Source: a candidate division WOR-3 bacterium (lineage in GTDB: Bacteria > Hydrothermota > Tepidihabitantia > SM23-42). Taken from it: a stretch of 44,446 bases of DNA. The number at the start of each line of letters is the position of its first letter. The first letter of the stretch is position 1. Below are positions 1 through 8,498 of the stretch, piece by piece. The DNA is taken from the NCBI GenBank assembly GCA_030671005.1, contig DAOVAN010000003.1:1-44446 (forward strand). Reading direction: 5' to 3'. Under the pieces are notes generated by a model. That model was not told the DNA's origin, did no database searches, and was given only the letters and a program-made list of their open reading frames with translations. The position numbers were made by a program, and so were the translations under genes.

Positions 1-153
1 ACCCAATTCATTGCGCTACCAGTAACAATGTCAAAAACACCTGATAAATCTCCGAAGAGCGAAGCTCTTCGTGAGCAGGCAGGTAACTACTTTTCGGATA
101 ACAATGGAAGATTCCCCAAGCCCGCCAAGTAGTTCGGCGGACGAGGGGAACCT

Positions 154-415
154 TACACCCATCTAGACCTTAACCCACCTTAACTTCAACCAATATCCGA
201 CACGTTTTCAGTTGCGGTGCAACAAATGGGCTAGGGTAAAGACGCCAAAATCTAGCATCTCAACCCTAGCCCTACACCCATCCCGACCTTAACCCATCTT
301 CAATTGAACCAATATCCGACACCATTTTTCAGTTCCGGTACAACAAATGGGCTAGGGTAAAGACGCCAAAATCTAGCATCTCAACCCTAGCCCTACACCC
401 ATCCCGACCTTAACC
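154..415. repeat. Tandem repeat of about 120 bp (2 full copies plus a partial third), each full copy carrying a long hairpin
   Basis: Units start with TACACCCATC at 154, 273 and 394 (periods 119 and 121). Each full unit has the inverted repeat GGGCTAGGGT/ACCCTAGCCC (228-237/263-272 and 349-358/384-393). Confidence 0.95.
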
Positions 416-474
416 TCGGTAATTTCACAAAGAACATTTAAAATTTGAACATATAGCAGAATCATATCAAATAC

Positions 475-1392
475 TCACTTCACAGATTCAATATATTTGT
501 ACGCATTGATAGCCGCGGTTGCACCTTCGGCGCACGCGGTCACCACTTGCCTGATAGCTTTTGAACATATATCACCCGCCGCAAAGATACCTGGTACAGA
601 AGTCTCCATTCTCTCGCTCACCACGACGAACCCCTTGGCATCCAGTTCTACCACCTCTTTCAAAAAATCAGAACTCGGCTCAAGACCTACGTAAACGAAT
701 ACACCACTGACATCCACCTTCTTCTCTTCACCCGTCTTACGGTCCTTTACCGTAATAGATTCTACTCGCACCTGGCCATTTATGCTAACCACTTCGTGAT
801 TCATTAAGAATGTGGCACGACGATCATCCTTGACAAGATCATATGTCATCTTTTCTGCCGTCACGTGAGGCAAGAATTCCACAAAGGTAACGCTATTGAC
901 AAACTGCAGCAGGAATTTTCCTTCCTGGATGCCCGAATTTCCGCAACCCACTACTGCAACATCACGTTTCCTGAAGAGTGGCCCGTCACAGGTTGCACAA
1001 TACGATACACCCCGGCCTCTGAGCTCATCTTCACCCGGAACATTGAGTTTCTTCCAGTTAGTGCCGATCGCGACTATCACCGCGGGTGCCTCTAACTCAC
1101 GGCTATCCGTTCTTATTACGACCGACTTATCCTTTTTGATGATCGATTTCGCCTCAGCACCTACAATATCAACTCCAAAGCGCAATGCCTGTTGTTTCAT
1201 CTTCTCTGCAAGTTCAACACCGCTCACGCCTTCTGGAAAACCAGGATAATTTTCAATGTAATGCGTCGTTGCCGCATGTCCACCAGGCATTGCCCTTTCA
1301 ATAATCACGACACTCAGACCTGCCCTTACACCATAAATTCCCGCAGCGAGCCCGGCTGGTCCGCCCCCAACAATTATCAAATCATGGGTCAT
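475..1392 (-). CDS. trxB: Thioredoxin-disulfide reductase
   Basis: GGGPAG FAD motif, IENYPG, VSYCATCDG redox motif, TSVPGIFAAGD. Confidence 0.95.
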   Translation of the reverse strand: MTHDLIIVGGGPAGLAAGIYGVRAGLSVVIIERAMPGGHAATTHYIENYPGFPEGVSGVELAEKMKQQALRFGVDIVGAEAKSIIKKDKSVVIRTDSRELEAPAVIVAIGTNWKKLNVPGEDELRGRGVSYCATCDGPLFRKRDVAVVGCGNSGIQEGKFLLQFVNSVTFVEFLPHVTAEKMTYDLVKDDRRATFLMNHEVVSINGQVRVESITVKDRKTGEEKKVDVSGVFVYVGLEPSSDFLKEVVELDAKGFVVVSERMETSVPGIFAAGDICSKAIRQVVTACAEGATAAINAYKYIESVK

Positions 1393-1410
1393 CGTACTCC
1401 CTTCTTTGTT

Positions 1411-1436
1411 ACCGATGCAGGGTTACCTGCACCGGT
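1411..1436 (-). other. Intergenic stem-loop immediately after the ftsZ stop
   Basis: Minus strand ACCGGTGCAGG-TAAC-CCTGCATCGGT forms 11 bp with one G-U pair; no U-tract follows. Confidence 0.6.
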
Positions 1437-1437
1437 G

Positions 1438-2547
1438 TTAATCGATCTGACGTCTCAAGAAGGTCGGTACCTCCAAGTCACTTTCGTTGTAGACTCTATC
1501 TTTCCCTTCTTTTTTGACTTCCCGGCGCTTGAACGCTGGTAATTCAAGATTCTCTTGTCGAATACTGATATCGATCGGTTCCTCGCGTACTTTCTCCTTA
1601 ATACCTGTAGCAACAACCATCACGCTTACCTTGCTGCCAATATATTCATCAATGACAACCCCGGTAATCACCTTTGGTTGACTGTCTGTTTCACTCGTAA
1701 TCAGGGATGCTGCCTCATTTGTTTCGGCCAGTGTCAAATCCTGACCGCCCGTGATGTTAATGAGCAATCCCCTTGCTCCCTTAATCGATATGTCGTCGAG
1801 CAAAGGTGAAGAAATGGCCGACTGTGCCGCTTGCATGGCACGATTCTCGCCCTCGCCAATACCTAAACCCATGACCGCGGTTCCCTTCTCGACCATCACT
1901 GTGCGCACATCAGCAAAATCCAGGTTTATTAGTCCTGATTTCGTCACCATCTCGGCAATACCCTTGATCGCGTTGAATAGAACCATGTTGCCCAACCTGA
2001 AGGCCTCAATGATAGACTGATCCTTTGGTGCAACCGCAATCAACTTCTGGTTGGGAATGACAATCAATGTATCGACGTTCTCCTTTAGCTCCTCGATACC
2101 GCTGTGTGCGTTCGTCATCCGCCATACTCCCTCATATTCAAATGGTTTTGTCACAACGGCCACAACCAGAGCCCCAGCATTCTTCGCTTCCTCCGAGATG
2201 ATTGGCGAAGCACCGGTTCCAGTTCCGCCACCTTCACCGCAAGTAACAAACACCATGTCGGCATCCTTAAATACGTCCCTTATCTTCTCCCTTGATTCCT
2301 CAGCAGCCTTGCGGCCAATCTCAGGATCACCACCGGCACCCAATCCCTGAGTAAGATTCGTGCCGATCTGTATCTTCTCATTGGCCTCGTTTACCTTCAA
2401 GACCTGTGCATCGGTATTAACCGCAATGCATTCCACGCCGTGTATTCCGTAGTTCGTTGCATAGTTAATTGTGTTACAGCCTGCGCCACCCACACCAATC
2501 ATTTTGATCTTAGCAATATATTTTGGGTCCTCAACTAATTCGTACAT
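1438..2547 (-). CDS. ftsZ: Cell division protein FtsZ
   Basis: GVGGAG, NTD, GAGG, GGGTGTG, INLDFADV and C-terminal EVPTFLRRQID; ATG at 2547 follows an AAGGAGG SD. Confidence 0.97.
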   Translation of the reverse strand: MYELVEDPKYIAKIKMIGVGGAGCNTINYATNYGIHGVECIAVNTDAQVLKVNEANEKIQIGTNLTQGLGAGGDPEIGRKAAEESREKIRDVFKDADMVFVTCGEGGGTGTGASPIISEEAKNAGALVVAVVTKPFEYEGVWRMTNAHSGIEELKENVDTLIVIPNQKLIAVAPKDQSIIEAFRLGNMVLFNAIKGIAEMVTKSGLINLDFADVRTVMVEKGTAVMGLGIGEGENRAMQAAQSAISSPLLDDISIKGARGLLINITGGQDLTLAETNEAASLITSETDSQPKVITGVVIDEYIGSKVSVMVVATGIKEKVREEPIDISIRQENLELPAFKRREVKKEGKDRVYNESDLEVPTFLRRQID

Positions 2548-2560
2548 ATACTTCCTCCTT

Positions 2561-3796
2561 TCAGAAGTACTTTGCAAACCAATCTTCAAACCTTTTCTTG
2601 AGAGCATCGAAAACACCGACACCCCTTGTCCTTCTAATCAGAACCTGGTTCTTCTTCTCAAAGCCATAGAGAATAAGACCCACACCTGTGGCGTAGATCG
2701 GATCCTGCACTATGTCAGTGAGCCCGCCGATTTTTTTCGGAATGCCGATTTTTACAGGCAGATGAAAAACATCCTCGGCGAGCGCATCCAAGCCTTGCAA
2801 CCGGGCAGTACCACCGGTTATTACTACGCCTGCGGCAAGAATATCGAAGAATCCGCTTCTCTTGATTGCCTTATTAGTGATCATCAATATCTCTTCCACT
2901 CGGGGAGTGACTATCGAAGCGAGTAACTCTCTCGTGATATTACGGTCTTCACGACCTCCTATGCCTGGCACCTTTATCTCTTCTTCTCCCTCTTCATCCG
3001 ATAATGAGATACTCGCATTCTTCCTCTTTATATCTTCCGCCTGTTTATACGGCGTCCTTATACCGATGGCGATGTCATTGGTTATATATTCGCCACCGAG
3101 TGGAACAACCTCAGAATACCTTATTGCTCCATCATAGAATATCGCGAGATCGGTTGTACCGCCCCCGATATCCAAGAGGCAAACACCGAGATCGATCTCG
3201 TCCGGTTGAAGAACCGAATAGGAAGAAGCCAGTGGCTGTAGTACTAAATCCTTGACGCGGAGCCCGGCACTCTCTAGTGCGGTATAGATGTTCTGGGCAG
3301 ACGTGATCGCCGCGGTCACGATATGCACTTCAGCCTCTAGCTTGACACCGCTCATACCCACCGGGTCCTTGATCCCCTTCTCATTATCAACAACATACTC
3401 GATAGGTATGGCATGGATTATCTCACGATCCATGGGTAAAGCAATCGCCTTGGCCTGTTCGATCACCCTCTCGATATCACGTTTCGTAACAACTCCGCCG
3501 GTTCTCGCCGTAGCAATCATTGCGTGAGCATTGATGCTTTCGATGTGCGAGCCTGAAATCCCGGCATAGCAAGAATCGACTTTCACACCCGCCATTCTAG
3601 AGGCTTCATCGACCGCCTTTTCGATGGATTGAATCGCCTTTTCCAAATTGACGATAACCCCCCTCTTCAACCCGTTGGAAGGCGTCGAGCCCACGCCAAT
3701 GATTTTCAGATCGTCACCGTCAACTTCTGCAATGATCGCCGCTATCTTCGTTGTTCCCAGATCGACTCCAACAATTCTCTCTTTCCTTGCCATCAT
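2561..3796 (-). CDS. ftsA: Cell division protein FtsA
   Basis: DLGTTKI, LDIGGGTTD, VITGG, YATGVGL, amphipathic C-terminal helix; directly upstream of ftsZ. Confidence 0.97.
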   Translation of the reverse strand: MMARKERIVGVDLGTTKIAAIIAEVDGDDLKIIGVGSTPSNGLKRGVIVNLEKAIQSIEKAVDEASRMAGVKVDSCYAGISGSHIESINAHAMIATARTGGVVTKRDIERVIEQAKAIALPMDREIIHAIPIEYVVDNEKGIKDPVGMSGVKLEAEVHIVTAAITSAQNIYTALESAGLRVKDLVLQPLASSYSVLQPDEIDLGVCLLDIGGGTTDLAIFYDGAIRYSEVVPLGGEYITNDIAIGIRTPYKQAEDIKRKNASISLSDEEGEEEIKVPGIGGREDRNITRELLASIVTPRVEEILMITNKAIKRSGFFDILAAGVVITGGTARLQGLDALAEDVFHLPVKIGIPKKIGGLTDIVQDPIYATGVGLILYGFEKKNQVLIRRTRGVGVFDALKKRFEDWFAKYF

Positions 3797-3811
3797 ATCC
3801 TCCTTAATGCC

Positions 3812-4102
3812 TCATAAACCTTTCTTAGCTTTTAAAATAATCTGTCCACTATAACTCAAATCAATAACCAACGTTTCCTCAATTCCCAGCAAATTCAATT
3901 TCTGTAGCAAATGCTTCTTCTTCTTCAGGTCATTGGTGCCCAAAACATATCGAACACCCTTGTATTCAACAATTCCATCCTCCCTAGATACTACTTCTCC
4001 ATCAGGTATCACCTCATCCAAAACTACATACTCGTCACGTTCTCGCAGAAGCCCAAACATGAAGACCACGCCAACTATGATCAGCAATAGCACAACAATC
4101 AT
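3812..4102 (-). CDS. Small bitopic membrane protein, probable minimal FtsQ/DivIB
   Basis: N-terminal TM helix; C-terminal VIDLSYSGQIILK resembles the FtsQ C-terminal (Y/V)IDLRY motif; occupies the ftsQ position between murB and ftsA; ATGA-type overlap with the murB stop. Confidence 0.65.
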   Translation of the reverse strand: MIVVLLLIIVGVVFMFGLLRERDEYVVLDEVIPDGEVVSREDGIVEYKGVRYVLGTNDLKKKKHLLQKLNLLGIEETLVIDLSYSGQIILKAKKGL

Positions 4103-4983
4103 CTTAATAGTTGCACCTCCTCCTCAAGTATTATCCCGGTTTCTCGACGAACGATTTTCTTTACTTCTTTGGCCAAAACAATAACATCGGCCGCGCGTGC
4201 TTGACCGCGATTCATTATGTAGTTCGCATGTTTCCTGCTGACTTCGGCGTCACCCACTGATGTCCCCTTAAGTCCGCACTGCTCGATCAACTCACCCGCT
4301 GCATAACCTGGCGGATTCTTGAAGAACGAACCAGCAGAATAACCAGTGGGATGTTTTATCTGCCGGCTCTTCGTGTTTCTCCTAATTCTCGCCAAAATAA
4401 CCCTGTGCTTTTCTTTTCTCAATACAAGCTTCACCGATGTGACAATTTCTCCATCCCTGAGTTTCGAACGCCGGTATGCAAATCCCAATTTGTCCTTGAC
4501 TCGTAGCCCTTCAACTCCATGCCTGTCGATAATGGTGGCGCTTTCAATAATATCAGAAATCGAATTCCCAAAAGCACCTGCATTGCCCTTCATTGCGCCA
4601 CCCATGGTACCAGGTATACCGGCCATGAATTCTGCGCCCCCATAACCTTTTCTAATTGCCGCATCCAGAAAATCGCGAATCAATACACCACCACCACAGC
4701 GAAACAGGCTGTCGTGATGGGTAATTCTCTTGAACACTCCGCCCAACTTCAGCACGACGCCTCTAAAACCCTTATCAACAACCAGCAGGTTTGTACCCGC
4801 GCCAACCAGGAAGTATTTCATATCCTGTTTCTTGATGATCCCGAGCACACTCTTCAATGCCTTTACCGAGCAGACATAAACAAAATAGTTCGCAGGCCCA
4901 CCAATATGGAATGATGTATGATCAGCCAGTCTTTCGTTCAACACTACTCTGATGTTTTTTGTGCGGCCGAACGGATTCCTCAT
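4099..4983 (-). CDS. murB: UDP-N-acetylenolpyruvoylglucosamine reductase
   Basis: HTSFHIGGPA, GAGTNLLV, GIPGTMGGA..GNAGAFG, SAGSFFKNP, KHAN, LEEE. Confidence 0.95.
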   Translation of the reverse strand: MRNPFGRTKNIRVVLNERLADHTSFHIGGPANYFVYVCSVKALKSVLGIIKKQDMKYFLVGAGTNLLVVDKGFRGVVLKLGGVFKRITHHDSLFRCGGGVLIRDFLDAAIRKGYGGAEFMAGIPGTMGGAMKGNAGAFGNSISDIIESATIIDRHGVEGLRVKDKLGFAYRRSKLRDGEIVTSVKLVLRKEKHRVILARIRRNTKSRQIKHPTGYSAGSFFKNPPGYAAGELIEQCGLKGTSVGDAEVSRKHANYIMNRGQARAADVIVLAKEVKKIVRRETGIILEEEVQLLR

Positions 4984-6365
4984 CTCAGCTCCTTGAGTAG
5001 TCTCTGCGCAACCTTATTTATGTCACCTGCACCCTGGATAATAACGATGTCGCCGGGCTTCAGTGTTCGCTTCAGAAATCTCAAGATATTTGTGAACTTA
5101 CCCATGAAATGAACCGCATCTTGCTCTTTGGCAATCCGTTTTGCCAATGCACGACCTGTCACACCCGGTATCGGCATCTCGTGGGCAGCGTAGATCTCGG
5201 TCACGATCACCGTATCGGCATTAAGGAAGGCAATCGCGAACTGGTCAAACAAGTGGTAGGTGCGTGTGAATCGATGAGGTTGAAAGACCGACACGATCCG
5301 CTGGTTCGGAAAGTAATCACGCAGCGTCTGCAAGGTAATGGCTATCTCGGTTGGATGGTGGCCGTAATCATCAAAAACCCGTATGCCCTTTGCATCACCG
5401 ATATACTCAATGCGACGATGAACACCTCGAAAATTCTCCAGAGCAGATCTTATCTTCTTAGTCGGAATACCCAATTCCATACCAACACCTATTGCGGCCA
5501 GGGCGTTGGCAACATTATGAACGCCCGGTAGATTGATTCTGAATCTGCCTACGAGCCGCTTGTGCGATCTCACTTTGAACGAAACACCGAAATCATATTT
5601 CTCCATGCCTTCGGCCCTCAGATCCGCATCGGTCTCAAAGCCGTACACGATCACCCGCCGGCGGATATTCGGCCTCACATCTCTAGTCACGGCAGAATCC
5701 ACACCCAAGAATACACACCCCCAGAACGGGACGTGATTTGCATAGTGGCCAAAATGCTCTTTTATTTCGTCGAGATCTTCATAATAGTCGAGGTGTTCGG
5801 CTTCTATGTTGGTGATCACTGCATAGGATGGAAACACGCGCAAGAAAGACTTGTCAGACTCATCTACTTCACACACCAGATAATCTCCGGTACCCAGACT
5901 CGCCTGGCTCTTCCCAATGGCAATACCACCGATTACCGTGGTTGGTGATAAACCACCATGCTGTAACACATCGCTGACGATCGAAGTGGTTGTGGTTTTA
6001 CCGTGAGTGCCCGATATGCAAATCGCAAATTTCATACGGGTCAATTCAGCGAGCAACTCGGCACGGTGTATCAAAGGAACACCCATACGCTTGGACTCAA
6101 TCAACTCGGAGTTGCCTTCCCTGATCGCCGAAGAATAGACAACCACGTCGGCACCTTTCGCGTTCTCCTTCTTGTGCCCGTACTTGACCTGGATACCCAT
6201 GCGCTTCAGGCGACGCGTTATTTCTGAAGACTGCAAATCAGAACCGGAAACTCTGAATCCCAGGTTCTTCATGATCGTCGCAAGTCCGCTCATGCCAATC
6301 CCGCCGATACCCACGAAGTGAATATGTTCAGTCTTGCCGAATATTCCTGATTTATATCTTCTCAT
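4980..6365 (-). CDS. murC: UDP-N-acetylmuramate--L-alanine ligase
   Basis: GIGGIGMSG, GTHGKTTT, EVDESD, DDYGHHPTE, FQPHRFTRT. Confidence 0.97.
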   Translation of the reverse strand: MRRYKSGIFGKTEHIHFVGIGGIGMSGLATIMKNLGFRVSGSDLQSSEITRRLKRMGIQVKYGHKKENAKGADVVVYSSAIREGNSELIESKRMGVPLIHRAELLAELTRMKFAICISGTHGKTTTTSIVSDVLQHGGLSPTTVIGGIAIGKSQASLGTGDYLVCEVDESDKSFLRVFPSYAVITNIEAEHLDYYEDLDEIKEHFGHYANHVPFWGCVFLGVDSAVTRDVRPNIRRRVIVYGFETDADLRAEGMEKYDFGVSFKVRSHKRLVGRFRINLPGVHNVANALAAIGVGMELGIPTKKIRSALENFRGVHRRIEYIGDAKGIRVFDDYGHHPTEIAITLQTLRDYFPNQRIVSVFQPHRFTRTYHLFDQFAIAFLNADTVIVTEIYAAHEMPIPGVTGRALAKRIAKEQDAVHFMGKFTNILRFLKRTLKPGDIVIIQGAGDINKVAQRLLKELR

Positions 6366-7434
6366 GCTTCACATCCTGTACCAAGCAATCGGCAATTCTC
6401 TGTTCAGCATCTCTGATTGTTGTTGCCCGCATCATTCCTTTTCTTTTCAAGAGCCCACGCACCAGCTCGGCCAGTGTGTCAGCCGTGAGATCCTTCTCCT
6501 CATGCACCACGGCGTCACCGATTCGGGAAAAAAATACCGCATTGTGGTATTGATGAGCATCGAGCGCATATGGAAAGGGGATGAATATCACCTTCTTGTT
6601 CAAAGACAAAATTTCATACCCGGCAAGAGCACCCGCCCGTGAAACGATGACGTCTGCCTCACTGATGTCCTGCCAGGGTTTTTCGATAAATGGCAAGACG
6701 CGGGTGTTTTTACCCCTTCTTGGCACAACCCGCTCATAATCACGGTTACCAGTGATCAATGTGAGACGCCACTTCTTTGGCATCATCTCCTGTAATTCCA
6801 GTGCAAGGTCATTCAGACGCTGAGCTCCTTGACTACCGCCATAGAAAAGAACCGTGACCGTACTCAGCTTATATCGTTTCTGGGTTCGTACCGATTCTCT
6901 GAATTCCTGCCTGACCGGAATGCCCGTTATCATGGTGTTACCCTTCAGTCTGTTTACCGGGGGTAAACCCAAGAAGACCCTCTTCGCCGAAGAGGCGAAT
7001 AGCTTGGTGGCTCTGCCCGGAATCCGATTTGCTTCAAAGATATAAAATGCGCTGCGATTTATCATACATGAAATCGCCAGGGGTACTGCTCCAAACCCTC
7101 CAAACGCCACACCAATACTATTTCTAGTCAGTCCATTCAGTCTCACTATTGAATAGAGAAGTGACACGATGAAAAAAATCTTTCCGACCATTGATTTTCC
7201 GAAGAAAGGCCGTGACTTAATCGGAAAGGTCTTTATCCCATAGCGATGCGCGACGTCTTCCTCCAAATACCCGGCGCGTGCTAGAAATAACACGTCAAAC
7301 TTCCTTTTCTGTAATTCATGTGCCACAACGACCGCTGGGAAATAGTGACCACCAGTGCCCACGCCGCCAACGACGATTCTGGGCATCGCATCACGATGGG
7401 TGACTACCTTCACTTCCTGGCCACCTGTTTTCAC
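6352..7434 (-). CDS. murG: Lipid II GlcNAc transferase MurG (start uncertain)
   Basis: GTGGH.FP, EAN..PG, GIPVR, GGSQGA, VSRAGA, HQ..NA. Confidence 0.93.
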   Translation of the reverse strand: MKTGGQEVKVVTHRDAMPRIVVGGVGTGGHYFPAVVVAHELQKRKFDVLFLARAGYLEEDVAHRYGIKTFPIKSRPFFGKSMVGKIFFIVSLLYSIVRLNGLTRNSIGVAFGGFGAVPLAISCMINRSAFYIFEANRIPGRATKLFASSAKRVFLGLPPVNRLKGNTMITGIPVRQEFRESVRTQKRYKLSTVTVLFYGGSQGAQRLNDLALELQEMMPKKWRLTLITGNRDYERVVPRRGKNTRVLPFIEKPWQDISEADVIVSRAGALAGYEILSLNKKVIFIPFPYALDAHQYHNAVFFSRIGDAVVHEEKDLTADTLAELVRGLLKRKGMMRATTIRDAEQRIADCLVQDVKHEKI

Positions 7435-8498
7435 ACAATCCTCCTGCGTGATGCCTGCAGCATAATACCGACTGCAAAGAGGTTAGCAGTAAGCGACCAC
7501 CCACCAAAGGAGATGAAAGGCAGTGGTATTCCGGTAGGCGGGACAAGTCCAATACTGACCCCGACATGAACGAGGAAGATGATGAATATCGACGCATTCA
7601 AACCCAAAACCAACAATCTTGTAAATTCATCATCGAGGGCGCCCGCAATGGACAACCCTCGCAAATAAATCTGCCAATAGAATATGAACACAACGACACA
7701 TCCAATGAATCCCAGCTCCTCTGCGATATGTGCAAAAATGAAGTCATTGTGAATGCCCGGGAGAAACAAAAACTTCTGTAGTCCAGCACCCGGTCCCTTG
7801 CCGAAGAGCCCGCCCGAGCCGATTGCGATCAAAGATTGCTGGACCTGATAGGTCGGTTGTGAAATGAAGTTGGCGATACGATACTGGGCGTGCGGAAAAA
7901 CGCGCACAAAGATGGCAAGTATGACTATGCTGACCGCGCTCGTTGCCAACAAGAGCCTGAACTTCGCACAACCGTAAATCAACATCACAAAGAGCGTTGC
8001 CACACATATTACTGACATCGAGATCGATGGTTGTATGGCAACCAACACGACCATCAAGAAAGAAATCGACAGAATCGTCGCAAGGCCCTTTCGAGTGTTC
8101 GCCGTTTGAGGATGTGAGGCGAAGAAATTAGCAAGAAAAAAGACCAACCATATTCTGACAAACTCAGATACCTGAACACCCACCGATGCAATTACCAAAG
8201 ATCTTTTCGCCCCAAATTGAAAACGCCCCGTAACAATCGTGAGCACAAGACTCAAGACTATGAGCACTAACAGCGGTAATATCATCTTTCTGATCTTTTC
8301 ATAAGGAACCATCAAGCCAAGTAGAAAAAAGCCAATCGCAACCAATACGCGCTTCAAGTGTGCAGTCAGATAATAGGTTGAATCCTCACCTTGATGCATG
8401 GCGCGGTAATATGATGATGAGAAAACAAAAATGACCCCCAGGATGACGAGACCAATCATCAGGAATAGCATTACGCGATCAATCTTTCCGTGCGGCAT
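7431..8498 (-). CDS. ftsW: SEDS peptidoglycan glycosyltransferase FtsW
   Basis: Multi-pass membrane protein with YQVQQSLIAIGSGG, LP..HNDFIF, TGIPLPFISFGG; start placed at MPHGK (8498). Confidence 0.93.
   Translation of the reverse strand: MPHGKIDRVMLFLMIGLVILGVIFVFSSSYYRAMHQGEDSTYYLTAHLKRVLVAIGFFLLGLMVPYEKIRKMILPLLVLIVLSLVLTIVTGRFQFGAKRSLVIASVGVQVSEFVRIWLVFFLANFFASHPQTANTRKGLATILSISFLMVVLVAIQPSISMSVICVATLFVMLIYGCAKFRLLLATSAVSIVILAIFVRVFPHAQYRIANFISQPTYQVQQSLIAIGSGGLFGKGPGAGLQKFLFLPGIHNDFIFAHIAEELGFIGCVVVFIFYWQIYLRGLSIAGALDDEFTRLLVLGLNASIFIIFLVHVGVSIGLVPPTGIPLPFISFGGWSLTANLFAVGIMLQASRRRIV

Noticed and set aside
154-415. CRISPR array
   Set aside because: Whole 120-bp units repeat, so there are no unique spacers; only about two copies; no cas genes in the window.
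2548-2622. N-terminal extension of FtsZ in the ORF track
   Set aside because: Overlaps ftsA; a strong AAGGAGG SD precedes ATG 2547.
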